A DNA stretch of 64,000 nucleotides from Negaprion brevirostris. Lineage: Eukaryota. The stretch lies in assembly GCA_030324005.1 (NCBI GenBank), contig JARDVH010000025.1, forward strand, positions 88,484,128 through 88,548,127, in the 5' to 3' direction. Positions 37,326 to 50,335 of the stretch are shown here, piece by piece; the stretch's first letter is position 1, and every line of letters begins with the position of its first letter. The translations under genes and the position numbers were made by a program. The notes below the pieces were generated by a model. The model was not told the origin of the DNA. It saw only the letters and a program-made list of their open reading frames with translations, and searched no databases.

Positions 37326-40300
37326 CCTGCAAGTGATGTTGCCTGCAGTTGGTATTTTGAAGTTGTTGAATTCTGCAATCAACAGATCATATACTAAATA
37401 TTTTTCGTCTTGTATCCTTTAACATTGGCTTGTTCAATTTTCCACTTGGCTCCTTGTTCATTTGAAATTATTGAATAGTTCCAAGTTTGAATCAATTTAG
37501 GAATAAATATCTATGCTGAATCTGAAATGAAGTGGTGGAGAAACTCAAGATCTGACGACATCTGTGTGGCGAGAAAGTCAAATGACTGCTATTTGATTGT
37601 TATTTCTGTTTCTCCAGAAATGCTGCCAGACCTGACAGTACTTGAAAAATTGAAGTTGAATTTGGAAATTATTCTAAACATTTGGTATAATTTGCTTAAA
37701 TAGTGGTCTTTAACTTGCCAATATTCCTCATGGTATGCCTAAGAAGGTTATGTGAATAAAACAGCCTGCTAGGATATTTTAACAGGGTGAAATGAAGATT
37801 GTAGAGACACTTGTGTGAAGCATAAACACTAACTTAGATCGATTGGGTTGAGTGACTTGCAATAAGTTTTGTAAGTTACAAAACTTACAATTCTCATGTT
37901 AAACTGTTTAGAACTTGGGTCTGACCACCATGTTCCAAGAAGGATACGAGAGCAAGTTATATAAAAGGAGGATTGTGCTGAGAGCATTCCACTATTAAGA
38001 AAAATTGACCAGAACACTTAGATCTCTCAAAATTAGAGGATTTGGAATAGGCTGCGATAAAGACATTCCTGCCACTTGAAAGATTCCAAATCCAGGGTCA
38101 AATATAAAATGTGTTCTGCAGAATACATGAGTGAGAATGTGGACTTCTGAATATCCTTCCACTTTATTCCTGTCATTATATTTACCCAAGTAAGCAAGTA
38201 TAAATGTTGGCATGGACCTTTTGTATCAAATGGCCTGCTTTCAGACTCTCGCTCTCTGGATAAGACAGTGTGATTAGAAACAACCAAATGTGGACTTGAT
38301 AGTGGGATCGTTGTTTGGAAAATCCTATACTATTGTATTTAACAATTATATGATAGGCATATTAGATTTTGGACAGGTGATATATTTATAGAAGGCTTTT
38401 TGTTTCTGTAGTAACGTGACAGATCTAATTGTAGCCTCAACTCCACTTTACTGTCTGGCCCCAGAACCTTTTGTTCCCCTGTTCCACAGAAATCTGTCTG
38501 AGCTTCTGTTGCTCTCTGGGGAATTCCACATATTTAGTGACCCTTAGAACTTCTTAAATAGAAGATCCCTAATTTTGACGGTAACCCCGATTTCTTCTAG
38601 ATTTTCCTAAAAGGGGAATTCCAAAGTAAGAAGACCAACTGTACACAATTCCCCAGATGCAGTCCCGCAGCAACATTTTCTACTGACTTTTATACTCTTG
38701 TAATGCCAACTTTCAGTTGCCTTCCTAATCATTTACTGTCACTCTATACTAACTTTGATTCACCTACCAGGAAACCTGAATTTGCCTTATAGTAGTGTTC
38801 TGTAGCCTGTCCATCTAAATGTACTACATTTCTATTCTTCCTGACATTCTCACTTCCCCCATAGCTCTCCTTTTGTAGTTGCTTTGTTGTGTTCTTCACT
38901 ATTTGCTTGCTTATCTTTGTCATTCCAGTGCAAACCTTATAATATAAAATTTGAAGCAGAAGTTAATTTACACTAAACTTTGTACCATAAATGCATTTGA
39001 TATTATGAAGATGGAAGAGCCAAGAGATTCTGGAGGTGGTGTATTAAATAGCAATTTTCATAAGGTCTTGGTCACTTAAACTATACTCTCATAAATGCCA
39101 AATGTCCACTTTCAAGTTGGCTAAACATGTATAATGATTTTTCTTCCAATATTCTGAAAATTAAGGGCTAGATTCAGCAGAATTCAAGAGGGAATTGAAC
39201 TGTTGCCTGAAAAATGGGAGTGGCACTAGGTCAATGTCTGCTGTGGAGCATTGGTGCAGACATGACCAACTGAATGGCCTCCTGTACTGAGATTCATTAA
39301 TTCAGGTACATCCTTATTTTGCACTTGAGCAGCTTTGGGTGATAATAGGAGGAAGAAAAATCATCCATTAATTCTAACACACAATTTAGTGAAATGTGTT
39401 CTGCTGCTTCAGTCCTGTCTATTCCCAAATTACCTCCCTCCCACAATATCCTCACTGACCACATCACCTCAACACTGGAATCCGTCACTGCTCATTTTGT
39501 CCCTTTTCCACACCGACCACTACTGTTCCCTCCACCTTCAGTTTGTGCTGCTCATTCAACCATTGCATCTGTTATCCTTGCATTCCACATCAAATCTAGC
39601 TCTTTAATTACTTCATTGTCATCTTTAAACCCCCACAAACAGTTCAGAGCCTTGTATCTCTGGAATTGGCTCAAGAATTGCTTATTTACCCCATTATATT
39701 CTGCTCTAAAAATTGTCAGCCTCCTACTAATACTATATTTTCTACTTCCCCTGTTTCCCTCCCCAGTTAAGCCAGAAATTGTCTGGCTTGGTTTTTAAAT
39801 GTTAAATGCAACTGAATTGATTGAAACTTCCTTTTATATTCTTAAGGATGCTCAAGAACTCATTGCTTACCAGGGTCGCAGGGAAGCAGAAGCTGTATGC
39901 TAGCTTTGTAAGATTCATTCCCCCTTTCTGGCCCCTATTGTCCAGCTAAGAACTTTTACTTCAGATAACATTTGGAATGCAACACAATCTGTCCAGTTGC
40001 TGTTGTCAACATTCTGAATCTGCCATTGGTTCCTGACTGGTAAGTTAACCTTGAGTGAAGCAAGGTTTTTGTAATTTCTTTGAATAATCTCGTCTTGATT
40101 ATAAAATGCAATTACAAAAAGAACTTCAGTGAACCAAATGTATTTAAAATGGAAGAAAAACTTGTTTAAAAGGTTGTCTTCCTTTGCTACTATATTTATG
40201 CTAACCTCAGTTATGCAGTGGGAGCATAGATTTTTCATTGATTATTTGATCTGTTGCATTTATGATGCTTTGTGATTAATCTTCTAATGCATAACTGAAA

Positions 40301-43166
40301 GTGACCTCTACAGGGCTCTTTTTTGATGCCAGTATGAATAATGAATCTAAAAGGATCTTCCTTGATATCTTGTCTTGATGTACAATCTTGTGGCAAATTT
40401 AATTTCCAGGAAAACTTCGGATACTCCAAATTATCTTCCTTTTTGGCAAATGCTGTCTTCATCCAATGCAATCCCCGTCTGTGCCTCCCTCCTGAGGGTT
40501 TTAAACTTGTCATTTCAGTTGTGCTTTTTGTGACATGTCACAAAATTACGTGAGGCAATAATGCCTGGTCATGTTCCAAAAGTGACAACTCCAGATGGGA
40601 AATTGAATTGTTGAATAGAATCCCTACAAGGCAGNNNNNNNNNNNNNNNNNNNNNNNNNNNNNNNNNNNNNNNNNNNNNNNNNNNNNNNNNNNNNNNNNN
40701 NNNNNNNNNNNNNNNNNNNNNNNNNNNNNNNNNNNNNNNNNNNNNNNNNNNNNNNNNNNNNNNNNNNNNNNNNNNNNNNNNNNNNNNNNNNNNNNNNNNN
40801 NNNNNNNNNNNNNNNNNNNNNNNNNNNNNNNNNNNNNNNNNNNNNNNNNNNNNNNNNNNNNNNNNNNNNNNNNNNNNNNNNNNNNNNNNNNNNNNNNNNN
40901 NNNNNNNNNNNNNNNNNNNNNNNNNNNNNNNNNNNNNNNNNNNNNNNNNNNNNNNNNNNNNNNNNNCTTCACTGTGTCCCGGTTGCAAGTAGAAGATAAT
41001 TCCTGTTTTTAGAATAGGTGTTCTTGCCTGCTTTGTTTCTAGCTTTGTACAAACATGCTCTTGCAGTAACTTCTGTCTGCTCACCCAGTCTCTGGAGCAT
41101 CACAACCTGACTTGAGGCTTTGCTGGTGGTTCCTCACTAAGATTTGGCTGTATGCTGACATTGTTTTTTCTGCCAGCAGTCATAAAATGAACTGTCTTTT
41201 TGTGCTCTCCCTCTGACAGTCAGGATGGTTCTGGTGAGTGCTCCCATGGATCTGCTGCCCTTGTTCTTCTTGGTAGTAGTTACAGGGTTGCAAATTGCTG
41301 TTGAAGGAGCCTTGAATTGTTGCAATGTTTCATGTGGACCATGCACTGCTGCAACTGTGTGGTTGATGTAGGGGCTGAATTTGGAGGATGGGTGCCAATC
41401 AAGCAGGCTGCATTGTCTGGAGCTGCACTCATCCAGGCAAATTAAACACATCTGTAGCTAAAATTAATCATTAGCCTGCATTCCCAGCATGTGCTGCCAG
41501 TTTTACAGATAAAACAGCTGAATTTTAAACATGTCCCTCAAAAGAAACGAATACATTTCTTAAAGGCACTGTCATCCAAATGCCACAATACTAGACTGTC
41601 CTCAGTGTGAAGATGGGGCTTGGTCTTCCAAGGACTCTGCAGTGGCTAATCTCTTGGACTGATGCAACTGAAGATGAAGTCGAGTAGCTTTTTCCTCTGG
41701 TGTTCTTGCCTATCTGCCCACTGACAGATTTGCCCTTCAGGAGTTGTTTCAGTTGTGCTACTGAGCCACTCTTGAAGGGCCTGTCTCCACCCAGATTACA
41801 TTCCGTACCTTTGATAAACTTTGAACACCACTTGGAAGAAGGATGGAACACAGCAGTGTTTCCACAGCTGAAGGGCAGGAGCTGGGTTTGACCTGATGCC
41901 ATGTAAATTCGTGAGGACTAGGTTGCTTTCTTAACTGTACACTATGCCAACATCTTTTTGGGTGGGATAAGATATAATCCAGAAATGGTAATGGAGTCTG
42001 CAACATTGTCTGAGATTTGGTGAAGCTGTTGCTTGACTAGTTTGTGGAACAGTACTGTCAGTTTTAGTGCATCCCAGGTGACTTTGGGTCAACAGGGCAT
42101 GTTGTCTTTTGTCAGAGTGCCTCAGTGTGAGTTAGTTAATCTTTTTTTAATCCTAGACTTGTGCAGCAATTCAGGCAACTCTGGCTTGGTAGGCCATTTC
42201 AGAGCAGTTAAGAGTCCACCAAATTGCTATGCTATATAAGCCACTGGTTCAGGATCGCATATCTCCTCCTCTGAAGTATGTTGGCGAACTTTGCTGCAGT
42301 CCAGTAGTTTCACATTTTAACAAGACTCGCCAGCCTTAGGTTGGTGTTCCTTTTTGAACTTGGAGCATGGATGGGTTTGGGGATGGGGGGAGCAGAAGGA
42401 GAAATGGAGAGGCAGTATTAGTACTGACTCCAGTTGAGTAGCTGTTCCTTGGAATATCCTCAGTATTGTGCTTTGAAGTAAATCTTCAGTAAAATTCAAC
42501 TTCCAACAATGTCAGAAATTCTCCGGTCACATAATATCTTTGGAGGGTGGAATATTTAACATGTCCATGACCTTTCCGCAGGGCCCCAGTCCTGAATGTT
42601 TTCAGTGTTTCTTTTTAAACATTGATCAAGTGCTATGTTACCTCTCACGTTTGTTTAGGATGGGGAACAGCATATTAATGCTGCTGTTCATCCAAACATA
42701 TTGATTTGGTATCTGTTGTTTTCCCTCCCAAAAATTGTAGGCAACACCTGGACACAAGCTATTGTAAACTATCGCTGCTAGCAGCATCTTTTGTGGAAAA
42801 TTTTCCTTTTGTGTAATATCCAATGTTTTCCTGCCAATCCATGATGTCCTGCTAATGGTAATGGTGTTCATATGGTTTTGTCAATTGAGACAAAGTAGAA
42901 TGTTGTGATTTAATGCAAAATTGGCTTAATGGCTTTCTTGCAGCTTTTGATCTCGCTTCCCTCAAACCAGAGATAATTTGGGTGAGATTTCCATTAATGN
43001 NNNNNNNNNNNNNNNNNNNNNNNNNNNNNNNNNNNNNNNNNNNNNNNNNNNNNNNNNNNNNNNNNNNNNNNNNNNNNNNNNNNNNNNNNNNNNNNNNNNG
43101 GCATTCTAGTACTTATAAGCTGCTGTTTTGAATCAAGTTGTTAACTTTGACTTTTTGTTTGTTTAG

Positions 43167-43290
43167 GGATTGTTAGATAATTACTTGATTCCCAAGGCTA
43201 GTAATTCAGAAAGCAAGGTCTTCTACCTGAAAATGAAAGGAGATTACTATCGGTACCTTGCTGAAGTTGCTTCTGGAGAGGACCGGAAAA
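43167..43290 (+). CDS. YWHAQ: 14-3-3 coding exon 2 (124 nt)
   Basis: Acceptor tttgtttag, then [41 protein letters not shown] plus 1 nt, donor GTATGT at 43291. The 124-nt size matches the conserved beta/zeta/theta exon. Missed by the ORF track. Confidence 0.97.
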
Positions 43291-43732
43291 GTATGTACTG
43301 AAAGTCTTGTTCCCATAAGTAAATGTAAAATTTTGTACTGCAGTGTTTGTGACAAGGTATAAAATTGGTGAATGACCACTTAATGTGGATTTTTTGTTTT
43401 GAGGGTGTACTCCAAAACAAAACGGTTATGCCCTAGTCATTTGATATACTTTTGTTTCCTGATTTCGGCTGTCACGTGAATATGTCCCAGATAAATGGAT
43501 AGATTTAAATTCCAGTGGCTGAACAAATCCTGGAGTAGAATGTTATGCAACTTCAAATTTGTACAGTAGTCATGACCAGAATACTGCTGTAAATGTCATG
43601 TACAGGTCAACCAGCATCTTCAATGCAGGCAATTGGAAATTGAATCATAATTTATTAGCAATTGAACTTTGAATTCACAGAATTTCACAAGGTGTGCAAT
43701 TTTTCCACTCAAGTATTTCTCTGTTTTCACAG

Positions 43733-43896
43733 AAGCGATAGGAAACTCCCAAACTGCTTACCAGACAGCCTTTGAAATTGGTAAGGAACATCTGTCATCA
43801 ACGCACCCAATCCGTTTGGGCCTTGCCCTTAATTTCTCAGTGTTCTACTATGAGATTCTCAACTCTCCCTCTGATGCTTGTGAACTGGCAAAAAAA
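43733..43896 (+). CDS. YWHAQ: 14-3-3 coding exon 3 (164 nt)
   Basis: Acceptor ctgttttcacag; the phase-1 join gives [55 protein letters not shown]; donor GTAAGT at 43897. Confidence 0.97.
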
Positions 43897-44999
43897 GTAA
43901 GTTGTATGCTAATTCAGTTTTGTTTAAAAGTGAACAGGTTGTTGGACCTGTACATGTAAATTTGATGTTTGAAAATCTTCCTCTGGCAATTTACCCACAG
44001 TCTTGACACTGAGGTCCAGAATCTTGTCACAAATCAGCAGATGTGCAAACCTCAACAATAACTGCTCTGAACTGTCTTGGTTAAACAGTTTGGCAGTTCT
44101 GACCCTGTTATTTGACCAGAATCAAATGTGCACTGGAACTGGGGATACTGTATCATGATTTGGATAAACATTATTCTCTTTCTGATGTTCTGGCTGAGAT
44201 GAGAAAAGTTAGTGTGAACGTTGGTCCTGAAACCACTACTGGCTAAATGGGCTCTCAATATCAAGCATAGATGGTCCAAGATTGGGAAAGATTCATAAAG
44301 CTTGATGACAGCTTAAAAACTGTTTCATTTTATTCATCTTGCATCAAACCTATCTGAGCAACAGATGTGATCCAGTCCAAGCGATGGCCTATAGTTGAGA
44401 AATGTCCACTGAAACTTGAAGGCAACCTTTAAATAACTCCCATCTAGCCACTGACAAAATTATTGCTTGCTCTGAGACCGAAAAACACACACACATCTTC
44501 TGTATAAAGTGAGAACTGGTGTGAACCTGACTATTTTGGAATGGATTCAGACTTGTCTCCTAATTATTTTGGGGAAGTGCATTCTGAATGTGTTGTATTT
44601 AAACATTGTGTCTTGCATCTAGATTTCCAGAAGTCACTTAACTTCGGGACCCAAAGAAAATGGCTATCAGATTGGCTAATAAAATGTGGAAAGTACTTTA
44701 GGAGTAGGTTGCCTGAATAATGGGTGTTGAGATCTTGCCATTCTTAATTAGACTTTGATTCTGATTTGCAAGTGTCCAAAATAATTGGAATCTAAAGGGG
44801 TTTGAGAATTAAACTTGACCTTCTGTGGCTCACCTACAAGGGTGAAGCTTTATGAGGAGTGCATGATTAGTGTTCAACGTAGCTCTTAATTTTTTATTTT
44901 TGAGGAAATGACCACCTGAATTGAGACACAAGTATGAAATCTGCTTTGGGTGGTAATTCATATTGCATCAGCAAAAGCATATGGAGTCACTTGAACAAC

Positions 45000-45980
45000 C
45001 ACCCACATCTACAAAGAACAACTTATGAAGCAGCTGAAGGTGCTGGATACTGGAAAGGTCATGGGTCCTGACAACATTCCAACAAATGTAATGAAGACTT
45101 GTACCCCAGAACCTGCTGTGTTCTGAGCTTAGCTGTTCCACTATAGCTATAAACACTAGATTTTGCCCAGGTGTGTACTTTACACGAGAAACAGGATAAA
45201 TCTACTTGTGGCAAATTATGCCTCAACGATCTACTCAATTCATCAGTAATGTGGTGAAAGAAGACATCAACAGCAAAGTGGCACCTGTTCACTGTCGTTC
45301 CATTTGGGTTCCACCAGGGCCACTCAGCTCCTAATTTCTTTACAGCCTTGTTTCAAACATTGACAGAAAAGCTGCATTCCAAAGGTGGGTGATTGCCCTT
45401 GATATCAAGGCAGCATTTACCAAAGAGTGGTATCAAGGAATCCTAGCAAAATTGGAGTCATTGGGAATTGGGTGACCTTGGGGTATGTGCCCTCGGCCCA
45501 TCCATCTTCAAGTGCTTTGTCCATTACCAACCTTCCATCATAAGATCAAAAGTGGAATGTTCAACACCATTCGTGGTGACTTGGATACTGAAGCAATCCA
45601 TGCCCAAGTTCAGCAAGACTTGAACAATATCAAGGGCTGGACTGACAAATTGTCACAAGTGCCTGTCATTGCCAGACAATGACATCTTGAGAGAATCTAA
45701 CCATTGCCCTATGACATTCAATGGCATTACCGTTGCTGAATTCCCCCACTATCAACATTCTGGGGTTTACCATTGACCAGAAAGTAAACTGGACTAGCCA
45801 CACAAGCAAGTTGGAGGCTACGAATCCTGCAGCAGGTAACCTGCTTCATTTCTCCAAAGCCTGTCCACAAATCTACAAGGCACAAATCGGGAATGTGATG
45901 GAATACTCTCAACTCACTTAGATGAGTAGAGTTGCAACACTAAGCTTGATAGCATCCAGGACAAAGCAGCCTGCTTGATT
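45000..45980 (+). mobile_element. CR1/L2-group LINE remnant in the intron between coding exons 3 and 4 (resumes at about 46700-46950)
   Basis: K..GPDNIP, ALDIKAAF..WYQG.LAKL, TINILGFTIDQK.NWTSH, IYKAQI..VMEYS. Confidence 0.8.
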
Positions 45981-46009
45981 CTTTTTGGAACTGAAGTCAT
46001 TGGTTTGGG

Positions 46010-46692
46010 GGGGGCAATTCTTCCAAAAATTGTAAGTGAATTTGAGTGAAAACTGGAGTAAATCATGCTGGTTTTAGCAGCAGAAGTTTAAAAATAAACC
46101 TTCCCACACTCTGCACTACTGAGTGCCTCAGCATAAAACCTTTTAAATATCAGCGGCCAGGGCCGATTCCCACTGGAGAGCCTGACCTTGTGCCCTGGCA
46201 GCCCCCACAGTGCTAACTTCCACCTCAATCACTGGCCTCCCTCCCCCAATGATCCCAACTGCAGAGTGATAGCAGGACTCACACCAATTGCCCCCCCAGA
46301 TGACCTGCCACTGTGCCATGCTTGATAAGCATTGACACTTTCTGCTTGGGCAGTACTGACAGTGCACCCTTCTCCACGCAATCCTTGGTTCCCCTTCAAT
46401 TGCAAACCCCGCCCCCCCCGGTCCAAGCACGGTCTGACTGCCAGCTCACTGTTGGGAGTTGTAGTAATTCCTGTGGCGTGAAATAAGGCTGGCAGGCCTG
46501 GTGATGCCATTTAAATTGCCCACTGCATAATTTATGCAGCTCCACGCATTGCTGATGGTGCAAGAAAATCTAGCACTGGGAGACGCACTTAGGGCCAGAT
46601 GCCCAGTGCAAACTGCACAATTCAGACAGTGCTTGAATCTCTTGGCCTGCTGCACTTAAATAATCACAGCTGGATGGGGGGAGAATTGCAAA
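46010..46692. mobile_element. Non-autonomous DNA element (Harbinger-like MITE) nested in the LINE
   Basis: Ends ggggcaattcttcc and gggggagaattgc are imperfect inverted repeats; GC-rich interior; LINE sequence continues on both sides. Confidence 0.55.
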
Positions 46693-48503
46693 CTGAACCT
46701 CCACACCTCACCAGCAGTGGTATTGGCATGTACCCTCTGCAAGATGCAATGTAGATACACTTGTATTAGGCAGCAGCTACCATCCAGAAGTACAATGCAA
46801 CAGACACATGGGAACACCATCTGGAAGTTTCCCTCACGTCGCTCACTATCCTGACTTGGTAATTACTGTTCCTTCATTAGTGCTTGGCCAAAATCCTAGA
46901 ACTCCCATGCATCACTGCATCCATTGGCTTCAGCCAATAAATGCTTGAATTGCAAGCTTTTGAGTTGATTATCAAAATTCCTGCTGGGAGGAGGAACTGC
47001 TCAGTCGAAACTGGATTCCCTATCAAATGGTTGAATTAGTAAATTGGGATCTTGCAGCAGCAGCTTCATCTCAAGAAGAGAGAATTTGGTGGAGCTCACC
47101 AGCCTTGAGCTTTGAAGCTTTTGGGAGCAACTTTGGTCAGCAGTATTGATCTCTCCTGATGTTCAGTACAATGTACTCTTCAGTCATCTGATTGTCTTCC
47201 AACTGAGTGGACACGAGCCAGAATTACAATTGAAATGACATTTGCTGCTGATCCATTGACTCCTGCAGCTTGTTTGCGCTCTCTGGCATCAATATTACTG
47301 TAATGCACAGCCAGTGACCTGTTTACCTTGATGTTTAAATTCATTTCATTGAAATATAAATACTGTAAACAACATTTAACCTTTAAGATGTCCTATTGCC
47401 TAATCTAAACAGGCCCAATCGGCCATTTGCCCTAACTGGGTTTAAACTTGCCTCATGGCTTAACCAATATATCTAGTCCCTTATGAATACATCAGTAACC
47501 AGTTTGGCATATATTTGTACCACCACTTGTAAAAAAATTATTTGATCTGTTAATAGTCATTTCCACATGTGGGAACAATAGACCCAGAGCCTGCTCAGTC
47601 CTGAAGTGCCATCCATTCAAGTAATATTTATCAACCCGGCTACTCAAAAAAACTATTCCTATTATTAAATGGATCAAGCTCTATCCTGACTAGCCACAAC
47701 TCCTTATACCGGAGGAATTTGTAACTTTCAGACAAAAACTTGCTAATACCTTTTGAGTTGTATATTGTCTCTCATGGCAGAGATTTCGCAAAGGACACAA
47801 GGGATCCTGATGACTCTGCACAAGATTCCAGGCCTGGACCGCATGCACCACCTACTTCCCAAGTTAGGACAAAGTATCTCTCAACCTCCCCTGTGTGGAA
47901 ACTGAGCCCAGGAACGCAGAACTCTAGGCCAGCAGCCTGTATCATTTTGTTTTCATCAAGCAGGTAGTGACAAAGAAAATTGTCCTTCTATGGGAACTTC
48001 TGCCTTCAATACTAATTTAACTCTTCCATGCTGTCTTCCATTGTGACGTCCTTGCTTCTAAAGAGACATCTTACATTGAAACAGTTGGCCTACTACCCTC
48101 TGAAGAAATGCACTTTGGACTTGGATTCTGGATTGGTCTCAAACTGTAACTCCTATTTTCATTGGGGCTCCCTTTAATTTATAAAGAAATCAGAATTGTT
48201 AATAAATTGGCTTCCCCTCCTGTCTAACGGCAAGTTTATCCTGTGATGTTAAGTCGTCCCATGGCTATATTCAGTTTGAAAGCAAAGTTACATATTATTT
48301 GCTTATTTATTTCACTTCAGTCCAACGGAATGTCAGGGAGACTTGGCTAGGAATGTAGTTAATAATTGGTACAAATTAACAAGTTTATTCTGCTTTTCAC
48401 CAGCTGTCTGAGGAGCCATCTTTGTTTTCCCACCAAGACACTCCAGCAATTTCTGGTTAATTTTCCTGTCTAACATCTTTAATTATCTGTTTCCACCTAT
48501 TAG

Positions 48504-48599
48504 GCATTTGATCAGGCTATTAAAGAGCTGGATATTCTCCAAGATGATAGCTATAAAGACAGCACCCTCATTATGCAGTTGCTTAGAGACAACCTTACA
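48504..48599 (+). CDS. YWHAQ: 14-3-3 coding exon 4 (96 nt)
   Basis: Acceptor cctattag, then [32 protein letters not shown] (14-3-3 signature 2), donor GTAAGT at 48600. Confidence 0.97.
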
Positions 48600-49198
48600 G
48601 TAAGTTTTTTCCTTAATTTTAATGAAGTTTGAAGCTGCAGGGCTGTGAACCTTTTAAAGCATAAAATGTTTGCATATAATCTGTGCTGGGTTTTGTACAG
48701 ACACACCCCTCCCAATTCGATACATAGTTTGCGTAAGTAACAACATGGGGAGGAGTGATATCAAAGGTTGCAGGAATAAATGTTAAATTGTACCTGAGTA
48801 CAATTGACAACTGATGACTAATGAAATGGCAACTTTTAAAAGATGTTGCATGACTTCTAGTTGAAGAAAGTAGCTAGTCACCTAGACAAAAGATGATGCA
48901 ATGTATGCATGAGAAACACACATCAATAATCAAGCAGCTTCCTTGTAATTTGTGACCACATTAAACTGGAATATTGCTAATCTGAAGAATAAAAATGCAA
49001 TGACTTCATGTTTCCGTTATCTGAAGCTAACTTTTAGTGGCAACTTCTTTGTTATTTGGCATTGATGTATGTTCCCTATTGCATTGTGTTCTTTTCAGCA
49101 GTGTTGCAACTTGTGATGTACTCCATTTTTTTGGAAATTTGCATTAATTTGGAACATTGTAAATGAGAATCTGAGATTTTTTTTCTCTCCTTTCCTAG

Positions 49199-49240
49199 TT
49201 ATGGTCAAATGAGAGNNNNNNNNNNGAAGATAACAACTAA
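49199..49240 (+). CDS. YWHAQ: 14-3-3 last coding exon
   Basis: Long pyrimidine tract ending cctag at 49198, then LWSNE, a 10-N gap (49216-49225), EDNN and TAA at 49238-49240. True tail length is uncertain because of the gap. Confidence 0.9.
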   Translation, partial: LWSNEXXXXEDNN

Positions 49241-50335
49241 ATACGTGGTCCAATTCCTAAAATCTTTTTACACATCTCCATTCCTTACTGCTCCACTCAA
49301 AATACCTGTAGCAATGAAGACATCAGTCCTGTATGGAATAGCTATGTATGGAAAATTCCCAATTTAGTCTTTTACACACCACTGCTTTAAAAAAAAAATC
49401 ATTCCTTGGTTTTTGTTGGTTGTCTGCCTTCTGGTGTGCAGTTTCTGCTGTAGAAGCATATATAGTTAACTTTATAACATGAGTAACCTCCATGTAGAGG
49501 TCAGAATGTTTAATATAAAGAAATACTTGCAGTGTTTGTATTGTGAACATAATGATAGAAATTTGCTGCTCTAGACAGTAATTTGGTAATACTACATTTT
49601 TTGGTGGCTCCCACACTCAGCCTTTCATGTTCTGTTCTTCCTGCTGGTATTGGCTTGTGTGCATTGTCTACTTTTTCCCTCTGATCTCTGCAGTGAAATG
49701 CAAATATAATTTACAGCAACTTGGTATAATCAGACAAAGTAGCTGTTGCACATATGCCTTTATTTGGACTGACCTAATGTTCTGCAATAAAATGACATTT
49801 TGTAAATTTGAGGCTGAAGGCATTTAATGTACAATCAAGTCAAAGAAAAAGTACCTTGATTTTGAAATTTTGTGGATCTTCACTTTTTAAAAAAATTGTC
49901 CATGTCATCTGGTATTCACTTGTGTATTACAGCATGTTTCTGCTAAAGTTTGTTTGAGGTTGTGCTTGTGAATGGTCACAAGGCATAACTTTTTGATACA
50001 CTGGAATGGAAAACACAACTTTCCTCATTGTGCCCAATAAGCATAGTATTTCTTTTGCAGGTTTGTACACGTACAAGGGGGTGTTCAGTGAGATTTGGAC
50101 CATTATAATTACTAATCACTTATTATAATCCCCAAGCCATGTGGAAATGTTAATGCCNNNNNNNNNNNNNNNNNNNNNNNNNNNNNNNNNNNNNNNNNNT
50201 TGTCTAACTTAAATTCTTTTGGTGTTCATATAACATTGTGCTTAGAATTTGCATTGCTGTTTTAGTTGTGCCAGCAATATTATCCATATCAGTGATATTA
50301 AACTTTTTTGAAAAATAAATCAAATAACTTCAGTG
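49241..50335 (+). other. 3' UTR of the 14-3-3 gene
   Basis: Repeat-free AU-rich stretch after the stop. AATAAA at 49786-49791 and 50314-50319, ATTAAA at 50297-50302. Proximal blocks resemble the mammalian YWHAQ 3' UTR as recalled. End position is inferred. Confidence 0.7.

Noticed and set aside
40538-41084. ORFs of 134-171 aa
   Set aside because: They consist almost entirely of X residues from an assembly gap.
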